DNA from: an uncultured Candidatus Saccharibacteria bacterium
GTDB taxonomy: Bacteria > Patescibacteriota > WWE3 > UBA101185 > UBA10185
DNA: 64,000 bases
NCBI GenBank assembly: GCA_964387275.1
Contig: CAYLVW010000004.1
Span: 10,525-74,524 of the forward strand
Direction of reading: 5' to 3'
Made by a program: the position numbers and the translations under genes. Below, one piece after another: positions 1-11,075 of this stretch. The notes under the pieces are model-generated. The model made no database searches. It was not told the DNA's origin and was given only the letters and a program-made list of their open reading frames with translations. Numbering within the stretch: position 1 is the first letter of the stretch; every line of letters starts with the position of its first letter.

Positions 1-3000
1 TACATTAGAACAGTAGTTGTTCCCCATTCATTTCCAAAGACAAAACCAAAAGCTTGTAATTATGGTTTACATATGGCAACAGGTGAGTATGTTGTTATAT
101 ATGATGCTGAAGATATTCCCCACCCTTCACAATTAAAGAAAGTTTATCTTGCATTTAAAGAGTTGCCGGAAAATACGGTTTGTGTTCAGGCAAAGCTCAA
201 TTATCACAACCCCTCGCATAATTTGTTGACGAGGCTGTTTACCGCTGAGTACAGTTTGTGGTTTGACGTAGTTCTTCCAGGCTTTCAATCAATTGATACA
301 GCTATACCACTTGGTGGTACCTCTAACCATTTTAAAACAGCTACACTTAGAAAGTTACACGGTTGGGATGCTTTTAATGTTACTGAGGACTGTGATCTTG
401 GGATAATTTTGTTTAGAGAGGGTTATAAAACTGCCATCATAGATTCAGTTACTTTAGAGGAAGCTAACAGTAATGTAAAAAACTGGATTAGGCAGCGATC
501 CAGGTGGATTAAAGGTTATATGCAAACTTATTTAGTTCATATGCGTAATCCAATCGAACTTTTCAGGCAATATGGATTACATGTGTTTGTACTGCATTTA
601 GTGGTTGGGGCCAGAATGTATTTTATGTTGATAAATCCTTTGCTCTGGATCATGACAGCCTCATACTTTATTTTTTACAAATATGTAGGGCCTACTATTG
701 AATCTTTTTATCCAACAATTGTTTTCTACATGGCTGCTTTTTCTCTAATTGTGGGTAATTTTGTTGCCTTGTATAACTACATGATAGGTTGTGCAAAGCG
801 GGGACACTGGGAGCTAATTAAATATGTATTTTTTGTTCCCTTTTACTGGATATTGGTGAGTATCAGCGCAGTAATGGCTGCTTATCAATTAATTGTTAAA
901 CCTCATTATTGGGAAAAAACTAATCATGGGCTACATCTTAAGAAAAAAGTAGGCCCTAATTTAGCTTTATTAAAACCAATGACTGTAGGACCGATGTCTA
1001 TTGTGATTAGACTAGCAACCAAGTTTAGGGACAGTATAGAGGCAGGTGGTTTAATTGCTGCTAGTATGATTTGTAATGTTCTAAATTATGCATTTAATAT
1101 TTATCTAACTAGAAAACTTTCAGTTGAGAACTTTGGGACATTAGCATTACTTAGTAGCTTCCTGCTTATTTTTAATATTGTTTGGGAGGCTTTTGAAAGA
1201 ACTGTTAGTTATGTTTTTGCAGTGAATTCTGACAAGTATAGTAAATCAAGTTTAGTTAATTTTTGGAAAGTGTGGAGGAACAGGGTTTTATTTGTAGGAA
1301 TTCCAATTGCAATATTGTGGGCTGTTTTTAGTAGTTACTTAAGCACAATTTTCCAATCAGATTCTATTCTGCCAATCTTAGTATTTGCCCCAATTTGGAC
1401 CTACGGACTTTTAAATAGTATTGATTATGGTTATCTCAACGGCAAGCTCAAATTTATCCGAATAGGTTTTGTACTACTCGCTGAAGCAGTATCCAAATTT
1501 GTAGCTTCTATTGTTTTTGTTGAAGCGGGTTACAAGGATTTGGTTTATCTATCTATACCAATTTCTTTGCTTTTTTCGGCAGTTGCTAGCTACTTTGCTG
1601 TTTTTGGTTTGGCTAAAATTGAGAAAAATGAATCTGATTCTAAGCCAATTAAAATTCATTTTCCTAAGAAATTTTTCTTAGGCACATTTGCTATAAAGTT
1701 TTCGACAATTGCCTATTTAAGTCTAGATTTAATAATCGCAAAGATCGTACTGTCTCCATATGATGCTGGAAGATACGCTTTAATATCTATTGTAGGAAAA
1801 ATTATTTACTACATGTCTTCATTATTCACGCAATTTATTCTACCGATGGTAGGAAAATCTATAGGTGAAGGTAAATCAGGTGTTAAAGCATTTTTGATAA
1901 TTACAGGTTTATCAACCGTTATGGGAGGTTTGGTTTATTCTGTTTTTGGTTTATTTGGTCATATAACCGCACCTCTACTTATCGGTCCCTCTATACTAGA
2001 TAGTGTGCACCTTCTAAATGTCTTTGGTTTGGGATTTTTAGCTTACAGTGTTGCGATGAATGTTTTCTCTTATTTTCAGGTGAAAAGTAAAAATATTTTT
2101 ACTGTCGCAAGTTTTATTTTAGCAACTATTCACGTATTAGTTTTAGTTTACTTTGGTACTACTTTCGAGAGGTTTGTGCTAGGTAATGCATATGTAGGTT
2201 TATTAAATCTAATAGTAGTTCTTATTTTAAAAGTAGTACTGGATCTATTACCTCCATTGATTAGTAACTTGTTTGATTTTATTGAGTTACTTTCAGGTAA
2301 GAATTCCTTGGATTTATCCAAAGGTAATCTAAAAATCTTGATTTTTAATTGGAGAGACATCAAACATGTTTGGGCTGGTGGAGCAGAAATGTACATACAC
2401 GAGTTATCCAAAGAACTTGTGGCTAGAAACCACAACGTTACTGTATTTTGCGGTAACGACGGTAAAAATCCTAAGTATGAGGTGATTGATGGTGTTCAGA
2501 TTGTCAGACGAGGGGGTTTTTATACGGTTTATGTTTGGGCAGTTTTGTACTATTTACTTAAGTTTAGAAACAAATTTGATATTATTATTGATTCAGAGAA
2601 TGGGATTCCATTTTTTACACCATTATTTGTAAAAAGACCGGTAGTTGGTTTGATACACCACGTACATCAGGACTTTTTTAAACATCATATAAACCACCCA
2701 GCGGCGAGAGTTGCTTCTTTTCTTGAAGGTAAAATAATGCCTGTTGTTTATAAAAAATCTAAAATGATTACAGTTTCAGCCTCCACAATGCAGGCAATGA
2801 TTGAAATTGGTTTTGATAAAGAAAGAAACGAAATAAGTATAGTAAAACCTGGAGTAAAGCTTGATGATGTAAAGAATATTTCAAAAACAAAACACCCGTC
2901 TATCCTCTACCTGGGTAGGTTAAAAGAGTACAAATCTATTGATGTTGCTATAAAAGCTTTTAAAGATGTTAAAGATCAATTTCAAGACGCGGTATTTAAT

Positions 3001-3438
3001 ATTGTAGGTGAAGGAGATAATCGTGAGAAATTGGAAAAAATATCACATGAACTTGGCCTACAAAACGATGTTAAGTTTTTAGGTAAAGTTAGTGATGATG
3101 AGAAATGGGATCTTTTATCAAAAAGCTGGTTAATGGTGCAGCCCTCTAGTAATGAGGGTTGGGGTATTACTGTAATAGAAGCCAATGCATCCGCCACCCC
3201 CGTTGTAGCGTCAAATGTAGGGGGTCTTAGGGATTCAGTCAGAAATCCCCACACGGGACTTCTTGTTAAGTACGGAGATCATCAAGAATTTGCAGATGCA
3301 ATGTTGTCAATCATTTCCGACAAAAAACTAAGAACAAAAATGTCTAAAGAATCTTTAGTTTGGGCGTCGCTACACACATGGAAAGCAAGTGCTGATCTTC
3401 TGGAAGAAGAGCTTCGAAAGGCAATAAATGGCAAATAA
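1..3438 (+). CDS. Multidomain glycosyltransferase, 5'-truncated by the window: processive GT2 (cellulose-synthase-like) + Wzx/MATE-like flippase + C-terminal GT4
   Basis: The frame is open from base 1 (YIRTVVVPHSFPKTKPKACNYG). GT2 motifs YDAED, TED and QRSRW; a central multi-TM flippase-like region; GT4 motifs GGAE, YLGRL and EGWGITVIEA. Confidence 0.85.
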   Translation, partial: YIRTVVVPHSFPKTKPKACNYGLHMATGEYVVIYDAEDIPHPSQLKKVYLAFKELPENTVCVQAKLNYHNPSHNLLTRLFTAEYSLWFDVVLPGFQSIDTAIPLGGTSNHFKTATLRKLHGWDAFNVTEDCDLGIILFREGYKTAIIDSVTLEEANSNVKNWIRQRSRWIKGYMQTYLVHMRNPIELFRQYGLHVFVLHLVVGARMYFMLINPLLWIMTASYFIFYKYVGPTIESFYPTIVFYMAAFSLIVGNFVALYNYMIGCAKRGHWELIKYVFFVPFYWILVSISAVMAAYQLIVKPHYWEKTNHGLHLKKKVGPNLALLKPMTVGPMSIVIRLATKFRDSIEAGGLIAASMICNVLNYAFNIYLTRKLSVENFGTLALLSSFLLIFNIVWEAFERTVSYVFAVNSDKYSKSSLVNFWKVWRNRVLFVGIPIAILWAVFSSYLSTIFQSDSILPILVFAPIWTYGLLNSIDYGYLNGKLKFIRIGFVLLAEAVSKFVASIVFVEAGYKDLVYLSIPISLLFSAVASYFAVFGLAKIEKNESDSKPIKIHFPKKFFLGTFAIKFSTIAYLSLDLIIAKIVLSPYDAGRYALISIVGKIIYYMSSLFTQFILPMVGKSIGEGKSGVKAFLIITGLSTVMGGLVYSVFGLFGHITAPLLIGPSILDSVHLLNVFGLGFLAYSVAMNVFSYFQVKSKNIFTVASFILATIHVLVLVYFGTTFERFVLGNAYVGLLNLIVVLILKVVLDLLPPLISNLFDFIELLSGKNSLDLSKGNLKILIFNWRDIKHVWAGGAEMYIHELSKELVARNHNVTVFCGNDGKNPKYEVIDGVQIVRRGGFYTVYVWAVLYYLLKFRNKFDIIIDSENGIPFFTPLFVKRPVVGLIHHVHQDFFKHHINHPAARVASFLEGKIMPVVYKKSKMITVSASTMQAMIEIGFDKERNEISIVKPGVKLDDVKNISKTKHPSILYLGRLKEYKSIDVAIKAFKDVKDQFQDAVFNIVGEGDNREKLEKISHELGLQNDVKFLGKVSDDEKWDLLSKSWLMVQPSSNEGWGITVIEANASATPVVASNVGGLRDSVRNPHTGLLVKYGDHQEFADAMLSIISDKKLRTKMSKESLVWASLHTWKASADLLEEELRKAINGK

Positions 3439-4336
3439 TAACAAAATAATTATAGGAATACCTGCATGGAATGAAGAAGTAAATATTTCTTTCCTCCTTA
3501 CCGATTTACTCAAACAAGAAGTCAAATCTGGCGTTATCGAAAAGATTGTAGTTGTATCTGATGGCAGTAGTGATTCAACTGTAGAAAAAGTTTTGAGTTT
3601 AAGTTCTAGTCTGATAGATATTATAGATCATAAAGATAGAAAGGGTCAGGGTGCTAGGCAGAACGAGCTTTTAGAAAGATCTGATTACGATTGCTTAGTT
3701 CTTATAAATGCTGACATGAGAATTGTAGACACTGATTTTATTGAAAAGCTGTGTTATCCAGTACTTCTTGGTAGAGCAGATTTAACCTCATGCAGGTTAC
3801 AAGAAGGTAAGCCGAAGAATTTTTTTGAGAAAATATTGGGGTTTGGTAACGAATTTAAAAGAAGAGTTTTTGAATCTTACTTTGGCGGTGACAATTGGCA
3901 TAATTGCCGAGGGGGATCCAGAGCTTTTAGTGCAAAATTAGGAAGTAGGTTTAGATTTGGTAGAAGTGTTTCTGAGGATCTTTATTCTTATTTATACACT
4001 AAGTTTTATGGCTACAAGTTTGAGTATGTTACCGGTATCTCCTGTTATTATGCACTCCCGACCAACATAAAAGATCACATAAAGCAAAATAAGAGATATT
4101 ATGGATCTTCTGCCCTTTTTTATGAGGAGTTTGGCTATAAGTATGTTACATCTATAGTTTCCTGGCCTTTAATGAGAATGACTCATGTAATGTTAAAGAT
4201 GCTTGTTGAATCACCTATTATAGGTTTTTTCTACTGCCTTTTATCTCTTTACTGTATGATCATCTGTAGATTTTATAGCGATAGCTCTATTAATAACTGG
4301 GGGCATGTCACAAGCTCCAAGGAGGTTAGACTATGA
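3428..4336 (+). CDS. Glycosyltransferase family 2
   Basis: IGIPAWNEE, VSDGSSD, NAD (DxD variant), SED; C-terminal hydrophobic segment. Confidence 0.85.
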   Translation: MANNNKIIIGIPAWNEEVNISFLLTDLLKQEVKSGVIEKIVVVSDGSSDSTVEKVLSLSSSLIDIIDHKDRKGQGARQNELLERSDYDCLVLINADMRIVDTDFIEKLCYPVLLGRADLTSCRLQEGKPKNFFEKILGFGNEFKRRVFESYFGGDNWHNCRGGSRAFSAKLGSRFRFGRSVSEDLYSYLYTKFYGYKFEYVTGISCYYALPTNIKDHIKQNKRYYGSSALFYEEFGYKYVTSIVSWPLMRMTHVMLKMLVESPIIGFFYCLLSLYCMIICRFYSDSSINNWGHVTSSKEVRL

Positions 4337-5142
4337 TAGGTTTAATATTCGTAAAACTTCGTAAACTTCTTTATTTAGTTTTTTCCGGTATTGATTATTT
4401 GTTTAACAGAGAAACCAATAAAATAGTACTTTGCTACCACGCTGTTTCAGATTCAGGTTGGAGATACAGTACAAAATATGAAGACTTTACTAAACAAATT
4501 GAACTACTACTAAGAAAAGGCTACAAGCATGTTTCTCTCGCAGAAATTTTTACCTATGAGGGGAAATGTTTTCACTTAACTTTTGACGACGGATACAGAA
4601 GTTTACTCTCTGTGAGAGATTTTTTAAAATCCTTAAATATTAAGCCAAGTTTTTTTATATTAAGCTCCACCTCTGAGTATGACTTAAAAGGGCTTGGTGT
4701 AGAGATTAAGAACTATGAGGAGTTTTTAACAACCGAAGAGATACATTTGTTACTTTCTGATGGGTGGGTTTTAGGTTCTCATACCAAAACACATAAACTT
4801 CTTGGGGATTTGTCCAATGAAATCCTTGTGACGGAGATAGCTGAATCAAAAGTGCAGCTTGAGAGTAGATTTGGAGTTAAAGTAGAGGCCCTATCTTATC
4901 CTAGAGGTGTTTACGATGAAAGCGTTCTTGCACTTGCAAAAGACTCTGGTTATACTTACGGCCTTACAATGGATGATGGGAAAATTGACGGCTCCAAAAA
5001 GCTACAAATACCTAGGATCGGGATAGATTCTACCCATTCAGTTGCTGAAGTTTTATGGACTACTTGCCCGACCTCAATAGAGTTTAGGAAATTTGTAAAA
5101 GATAATTTATTTAGTATAGTTTTGAAAGGACTAACAAAATGA
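4333..5142 (+). CDS. Polysaccharide deacetylase (CE4/NodB, IcaB-like)
   Basis: LCYH, TFDDG, GSHTKTH, SYPRG and IPRI motifs; SD GGAGG upstream. Confidence 0.88.
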   Translation: MIGLIFVKLRKLLYLVFSGIDYLFNRETNKIVLCYHAVSDSGWRYSTKYEDFTKQIELLLRKGYKHVSLAEIFTYEGKCFHLTFDDGYRSLLSVRDFLKSLNIKPSFFILSSTSEYDLKGLGVEIKNYEEFLTTEEIHLLLSDGWVLGSHTKTHKLLGDLSNEILVTEIAESKVQLESRFGVKVEALSYPRGVYDESVLALAKDSGYTYGLTMDDGKIDGSKKLQIPRIGIDSTHSVAEVLWTTCPTSIEFRKFVKDNLFSIVLKGLTK

Positions 5143-5852
5143 AAACACTGTATATATTTTTTTATAACATTGCCCGTTTTGTGCAAAGAAAGCTTATGCG
5201 CACAATAAAACCATCTTCTTCTTATTACCTTGCTCCTATCATGCAAGTTGAACCAATAAGTACTAAGTATGGTTTTGATAGAGGAACACCAATAGATCGT
5301 TACTATATTGAAAATTTCATAAAAGCAAATAAAGACCTTATTAAGGGTGTGTGTCTTGAGATAACCGATACAGCTTACATAGATAAATATGGCGAGGGTA
5401 AAGTTACTAAGGCTGATGCTTTAGATATAAACAAGAATAATAAAATGGCTACTGTTTATGGAGATCTTAGAGATCTAAGTAATATTGATAGCAACTCTTA
5501 TGATTGTCTTATTATTACACAGACGTTTGTAATGATAGATGAGTATGAGGCGGCTCTTAGAGAATGTCACAGGATTTTAAAACCAGGTGGTTTTGCACTT
5601 GTAACTATGCCTTGTTTGGGACCTGTATGGAATATTGACAGTCACTACTGGAGGTGGACAAGGGCTTCTGCAGAGTATTTGTTTAGGAAGTATTTTCCTA
5701 ACGATTCATTAGAAGTTCAGACTTATGGCAACGCGTTTGCTGGGCAATGCTTTTGGGTAGGTATGGCGCTTGAAGAGGTTCCCACAGATAAGTTAAATGA
5801 GAATGATAAGTTTTTCCCAGTAATTGTTTCTGTGAAGGTAAGGAAAGCTTAA
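5139..5852 (+). CDS. Class I SAM-dependent methyltransferase (glycan-locus type)
   Basis: GFDRGTPIDRYYIE, YDCLIITQT and RILKPGG motifs. Confidence 0.8.
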   Translation: MKTLYIFFYNIARFVQRKLMRTIKPSSSYYLAPIMQVEPISTKYGFDRGTPIDRYYIENFIKANKDLIKGVCLEITDTAYIDKYGEGKVTKADALDINKNNKMATVYGDLRDLSNIDSNSYDCLIITQTFVMIDEYEAALRECHRILKPGGFALVTMPCLGPVWNIDSHYWRWTRASAEYLFRKYFPNDSLEVQTYGNAFAGQCFWVGMALEEVPTDKLNENDKFFPVIVSVKVRKA

Positions 5853-7027
5853 TGTCGTCAAAAAAAGTAGTACAAGTAATTGAAAAATACTTTATTCCTG
5901 TTACTGCGGGTATTGAAGTAAACATGCACGAAACTTATAAGGTTTTAGCAAGAGAAGGTTGGGATATAACTTTTCATACCTCAAAGGATACATTAACCGA
6001 AAGAAATGTCCTTCCAGATAATGAGGTTATCAGTAATATGTCAGTTAGAAGATATAAGTTTGGTCAGTTTGGGTATTTCCCTACACTTGACTGGGATAGA
6101 TCGGATTATGTTTGTCTGCACAACTTTAATATTTTTCCTCATTTTTTGATAATGGGTTACTCTTTATTACGAAAACTATTAGGAAAAAAACACTACAAAC
6201 TTATTTTAACTCCACATGGTGGTTTTACACCTGAATGGGCTGTATTTCCAGTTACTACAAGGATTATTAAGTATATATATCATTTCACCTTAGGCACAAC
6301 CCTAATAAATCTGATTGTTGATGGGGTTAGAGCTGTATCTGAATGGGAGAAAGCCCAAATAGTTTCTAAAGGCGTTAATAAAGATAAGATAGTAGTAATT
6401 GCAAATGGTTTGGAGGACGAGGCATTCACTGACGTTGATAATCTGGCAAGTAAATCTATTAAAGAGACTGTAGGTTCTTTGGGAAAATATATATTGCAAA
6501 TTGGTCGGGTATATCCAATCAAGAACTATGAAACAACGCTCAAAGCTTTAGTTAACGTTCTACCTGATGTGAAATATGTTATAGCGGGGCCAATTGAGCT
6601 GAATGCTCATGGCAAATACATGGATAAACTAAAACAAATGATTACCGACCTAGGTTTATCTGATAGGGTGGTTTTCTTAGGTGTAGTTAAGGGTGTTGAT
6701 AAATATTTTTTAATTAAACATGCACAGATGATGGTACATATGGCCTTGTGGGAAAGTTTTTGTAATGTTGTTCACGAAGGTTTAAGCCAAGGTCTTGTCT
6801 GTATTGTTGCAAATAATACCGCTCTTCCCTACCTGATAAAAAATGGTGTAAATGGTTACTTAATAAATACCTTTGACTCTAAATCTCTAGCAGATAAGAT
6901 AAATTTTGTTCTTAATGATACGAGTGGTGAAGTTACAAAAATACAGGAGTCGAATCGGAATTTGTGGTTAAAGCACAGCTGGATAGAAGTTGCCCATAAC
7001 ATGAAAAATTATTATTTAAGTTTATAA
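5852..7027 (+). CDS. Glycosyltransferase family 4
   Basis: TPHG, VSEWE, IANG, IGRVYPIKN and ESFCNVVHEG (EX7E). Confidence 0.85.
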   Translation: MSSKKVVQVIEKYFIPVTAGIEVNMHETYKVLAREGWDITFHTSKDTLTERNVLPDNEVISNMSVRRYKFGQFGYFPTLDWDRSDYVCLHNFNIFPHFLIMGYSLLRKLLGKKHYKLILTPHGGFTPEWAVFPVTTRIIKYIYHFTLGTTLINLIVDGVRAVSEWEKAQIVSKGVNKDKIVVIANGLEDEAFTDVDNLASKSIKETVGSLGKYILQIGRVYPIKNYETTLKALVNVLPDVKYVIAGPIELNAHGKYMDKLKQMITDLGLSDRVVFLGVVKGVDKYFLIKHAQMMVHMALWESFCNVVHEGLSQGLVCIVANNTALPYLIKNGVNGYLINTFDSKSLADKINFVLNDTSGEVTKIQESNRNLWLKHSWIEVAHNMKNYYLSL

Positions 7028-7029
7028 TC

Positions 7030-7770
7030 ATGATTAAATCGCTCAAAAGGACCTTAGGTCTGATACTTTCTAATAAAGTTAACAAATCAGAAACATCAAA
7101 TGTTTCTGGTAAGGTGGTTGTGGTAACTGGGGGGTCTCGTGGTTTAGGGTTAGATTTATGTAACTTCCTGGTTATGGCTGGTGCTAAGGTCTATTACCTA
7201 TCTAGAAAAAATTCTGGTAGTAATAAGGCAGTGCACGTATCTACTGATATAACAAACCTGGAGGATATTCTAAAATCAGTGCAAAAAATCGAGAGTTTAG
7301 AGAAGTGCGTTGATGTGTTGATTAACAATGCTGCTGTTACTGAGTCCGGTGGGTTTGAAAATCTTGATATATTAAGCTTGGAAACAGCTCTTAGTACTAA
7401 TATTAAGGCACCAGTAGTTATTTCTTCAAAGTTTCTACCACTACTTAAGGAGTCACGGGCACCCTTAATTATTAATGTTGGTTCTAAGATTTCGAGAAAT
7501 CCAAATATTTCAGACAATAAGGTTATTTATGCAGTTACAAAATATTCGATGGAAGGTTTGAGTAATGCTTTACGTTCATCTCTTAGACAATATGGGATAA
7601 GAGTAGTATGTATACTTCCAGGTACAATTAATACCCAATTTTCTTTGAAGTCCGGAGATTTTATATCTTCAGGAGATGTATCTAGGGCCATTTCGTTTGT
7701 AATAGAAAACAGCAATATAGATTTTGAGAATTTTGTAGTTAAAGGTAAATTTCAGGAGAATGTAGGTTAA
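7030..7770 (+). CDS. Short-chain dehydrogenase/reductase
   Basis: TGGSRGLG, NNAA, YAVTK (YxxxK) and PG motifs. Confidence 0.88.
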   Translation: MIKSLKRTLGLILSNKVNKSETSNVSGKVVVVTGGSRGLGLDLCNFLVMAGAKVYYLSRKNSGSNKAVHVSTDITNLEDILKSVQKIESLEKCVDVLINNAAVTESGGFENLDILSLETALSTNIKAPVVISSKFLPLLKESRAPLIINVGSKISRNPNISDNKVIYAVTKYSMEGLSNALRSSLRQYGIRVVCILPGTINTQFSLKSGDFISSGDVSRAISFVIENSNIDFENFVVKGKFQENVG

Positions 7771-7782
7771 TGGAGTACTTAT

Positions 7783-9366
7783 ATGAAATTTTCCCTAAAT
7801 AAGCCAAAATTTAATTTTAATCTCAAATACTTTAGAGCGGACGTATTTATTATTTTGTTGGTTATAGCGTTACTGGGTTTTTACACTAAAGGTTACTTGG
7901 AGAATCCTACAAGTGAGGACCTTGTGACACCAAAGTGGTCCACCCATGGTCCATTACAGCTTTCTCCCGATCGTGGTAGATTTGCTCTTTTATACTCTAT
8001 AGCAGAGGATAGATCATTTATTTTTTCTTTACCTATAGCAAGGCTAGCAACGCCAGATCTTGGGTATATCAACGGAAACTATGTATCATTATTTGCTCCA
8101 GGTGTTTCATTTGTTTTGATTCCAGGTTATTTAATTGGTAAAGCTTTAGGAGCTTCTCAAATCGGTGCGTTTGTTACTATAAGTATTTTTGCGGTCATGA
8201 ACTTCAGCTTGGTGTATGCTATTGCCAGAAATCTTGGTATTAAACGTGGTGTTTCCCTGTTTGGTTCTACTGTTTTTTTGTTTGCAACACCTGCATTTGC
8301 ATACAGTGTAAATTTATATCAGCACCATATTTCAACTTTTTTGATACTTTTGGCTTTGTACCTATTGATGAGGTCCCCTAACTTTTTTAGTTTATTTGGG
8401 ATCTTTGCCTTATGTGCATTATCTATACCAATTGATTATCCAAACTTGTTTATGATGGCTCCAATTGGTGTAGCCGCTGCCATAAAAGTATTTGTATTTA
8501 CAAAAGATCGCAAGGGTTTGACCATTGGTATAAATCTGTTAAAGACTCTTGGTTTTCTGGGGGTGTTGCCGGGTCTTTTATTCTTTTTTTGGTTTAACTA
8601 TCAATCTTATGGAAATATATTACAATTTTCAGGGACAGTCCCCTCTGTTAAGGAGATAGACACTTTAGGTAATCCTATAGCTCCTAAAGTATTAAATGAA
8701 GCTGAGGCTAAAGAGTTTAATAACCCTAATGAACAAGATAAAGATGCAGTAGGATTTTTCGATACCAGAGATATGCTAAACGGCCTTTACACCCATTTTA
8801 TAAGTCCAGATAGAGGAATTATTTACTACACACCTATTATGTTGTTGTCTGTTTTAGGTCTTTTTGTGGCAGCAAAGGAGAATAAGTATTGGGCGTTACT
8901 ACTTACTTCTGTACTTTGTTTAAATATAGTGCTTTATTCTATGTGGGGAGACCCTTGGGGAGGCTGGGCCTTTGGTTCCAGATATTTGATACCTGGGTAT
9001 GCAGTTGGTACTTTACTGCTTTTGTTTATTCTTAATAAGTATTACAACAAGATTTATTTGCTTTTTCCCCTATTTATACTCTTTTCTTACAGTGTTTATG
9101 TAAATTCATTAGGAGCTATTACATCTATAGCAAATCCTCCTCAACCTGAGGTATTAAGTTTGGAAGCGCAGACTGGTTTAATTCAAAAATATACCTTTGA
9201 AAGGAATTACGATGAGGTAGTAGCTAATTCAACCAATTCTGTGGTCTATAATTCATTTTTATTAGATATTGTTCCGTTAGCACTTTATAACAACGTACTT
9301 GTTGGCGTTATAGTAATGATGGGTTTAAGTGTTTTAGCTTTGGACTACAAAAAGGAGAATGTATGA
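7783..9366 (+). CDS. Polytopic membrane protein, probable GT-C-fold glycosyltransferase
   Basis: About 11 hydrophobic segments; SPDRG, RGIIYYTP and WGGWAFGSRYL motifs typical of GT-C proteins; lies in a glycan locus. Confidence 0.6.
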   Translation: MKFSLNKPKFNFNLKYFRADVFIILLVIALLGFYTKGYLENPTSEDLVTPKWSTHGPLQLSPDRGRFALLYSIAEDRSFIFSLPIARLATPDLGYINGNYVSLFAPGVSFVLIPGYLIGKALGASQIGAFVTISIFAVMNFSLVYAIARNLGIKRGVSLFGSTVFLFATPAFAYSVNLYQHHISTFLILLALYLLMRSPNFFSLFGIFALCALSIPIDYPNLFMMAPIGVAAAIKVFVFTKDRKGLTIGINLLKTLGFLGVLPGLLFFFWFNYQSYGNILQFSGTVPSVKEIDTLGNPIAPKVLNEAEAKEFNNPNEQDKDAVGFFDTRDMLNGLYTHFISPDRGIIYYTPIMLLSVLGLFVAAKENKYWALLLTSVLCLNIVLYSMWGDPWGGWAFGSRYLIPGYAVGTLLLLFILNKYYNKIYLLFPLFILFSYSVYVNSLGAITSIANPPQPEVLSLEAQTGLIQKYTFERNYDEVVANSTNSVVYNSFLLDIVPLALYNNVLVGVIVMMGLSVLALDYKKENV

Positions 9367-11012
9367 ATTTTTCCATAACGAATTGGGAACTAAGTTTATT
9401 TGTTCCTCAGAGGATTTTTGCAAAACTTAAAACGTTTTTCTATGCAGTTTTTACAGAGCGTAATGTCTATTATTTTATTTCGTTTATTCTTGTTGTAATT
9501 TCGATTTGGGCATTTTATTTTTACTATGAAAATAAGCTAGGACTTGCATATAATGATGCAAGATCCCATTTAGACATTGGTCGAAGAGTAGTGGAGGGTT
9601 TAAAGCCGGGACTTGCCCAATTGGGTTCTGTGTGGCTGCCTCTTCCCCATGTATTAATGATCTTTACAATATGGGATGATTTTATGTGGCATTCGGGACT
9701 AGCCGGAGCGATTATTAGTATGATTTCCTTTGTTGTTACAGGACTTCTTATATTTAAAATTTTAAAAGAGCTTAATGTTGGGCTAGTTGGGCGGGTTCTA
9801 GGTGTTTTTATATTTATACTTAACATTAATATCCTATACCTACAGTCTACTGCTATGACAGAATTACTTTTGATTGCAACAATGACCGCGGGATGTTATG
9901 AACTATTGATCTGGCATAAGAGTGATAACGTTTTGCACTTGGTAAAAGCAGCTTTTTATATAATGTTATCCACTCTGACTAGATACGATGGATGGTTTTT
10001 GTTTTTTATTGCCGCTGTTCTAGTTGTAATAAAAACCTTTAGAACAAAAGGATACAAAGCAGCTGAAGGTATGTTTGTATTATTTTGCACATTGGGAGGT
10101 TTTGGACTTTTCTTATGGTTATTATGGAACGCCTTAATCTTTAAAGATCCTTTGTATTTTGCATTTGGTCCATTTTCAGCTCATGCTCAGCAGCTTCAAC
10201 TAGAGGACGCTGGCGTATTAATTACCAAACACGACTGGTATCAGTCACTACGATTTTACTTATATGCAATGGTTTATAACTCAGGAGCAGTTCAAGTAAT
10301 TTTTGGGATTATTGGTGCAGTTTTAATTTTTGTTGACCGTAAGCTTACTGTAAATACAAAAGTAGGTATAACTGCTTTGTTAGCCCCATTTGTATTTAAT
10401 GTATTAGCGCTTTATCTTGGTCATTCTGTACTATTTATTCAAGGTCTTTCTGGTGACACATGGTTTAATGTTAGATATGGCATTATGTTGATGCCATCTA
10501 TAGCTGTATTCGTAGGATTTTTGGTTGACAGAGCAAGATATTTTTCACGATTGGTTGTTCCTATACTTGGAATTTCTGTATTTTTTATGTTCTATAGTGC
10601 CGATGCTGTTACTATAGATGATGCTAGAGTAGGATCCAGTCAAAAGAATGTTACAGAGGTTTCAGGTTACCTTAGGGAGCATGCTAAAAATTCTACAGGT
10701 TATGTTCTTATATCTGCAGCTTCTCACGACGCGATAATTTTTTCTTCCGACCTTCCTATGAGTAGGTTTATTCATGAAGGTACGGGTTTATATTGGCAAG
10801 ATGCAATAGAGTTCCCTGATAGGTGGGCACACTGGATAGTAATGAGAACTTATGATGACAACGATCTGACTTGGAAGGGTGTTAAGGACTCACCGGGACT
10901 TGAAAGATATACAATTGTTGGAAAGTTTCCTTTTGCTGATATATATGAGCTGAAACCTGAGTATGTTGATCAGCTAAATCTGGATCAAAGATTTAAGGAT
11001 ATTCAGAAGTAG
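9363..11012 (+). CDS. GT-C (PMT/ArnT-like) membrane glycosyltransferase
   Basis: YNDARSHL first loop, WLPLPH, MTE and RYDGW motifs; many TM segments. Confidence 0.7.
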   Translation: MNFSITNWELSLFVPQRIFAKLKTFFYAVFTERNVYYFISFILVVISIWAFYFYYENKLGLAYNDARSHLDIGRRVVEGLKPGLAQLGSVWLPLPHVLMIFTIWDDFMWHSGLAGAIISMISFVVTGLLIFKILKELNVGLVGRVLGVFIFILNINILYLQSTAMTELLLIATMTAGCYELLIWHKSDNVLHLVKAAFYIMLSTLTRYDGWFLFFIAAVLVVIKTFRTKGYKAAEGMFVLFCTLGGFGLFLWLLWNALIFKDPLYFAFGPFSAHAQQLQLEDAGVLITKHDWYQSLRFYLYAMVYNSGAVQVIFGIIGAVLIFVDRKLTVNTKVGITALLAPFVFNVLALYLGHSVLFIQGLSGDTWFNVRYGIMLMPSIAVFVGFLVDRARYFSRLVVPILGISVFFMFYSADAVTIDDARVGSSQKNVTEVSGYLREHAKNSTGYVLISAASHDAIIFSSDLPMSRFIHEGTGLYWQDAIEFPDRWAHWIVMRTYDDNDLTWKGVKDSPGLERYTIVGKFPFADIYELKPEYVDQLNLDQRFKDIQK

Positions 11013-11075
11013 GATATAAGTAATAACAATTTATGTAAGTGATTAGTTTTTGTGATTTATGGTATTTTTATAGCT

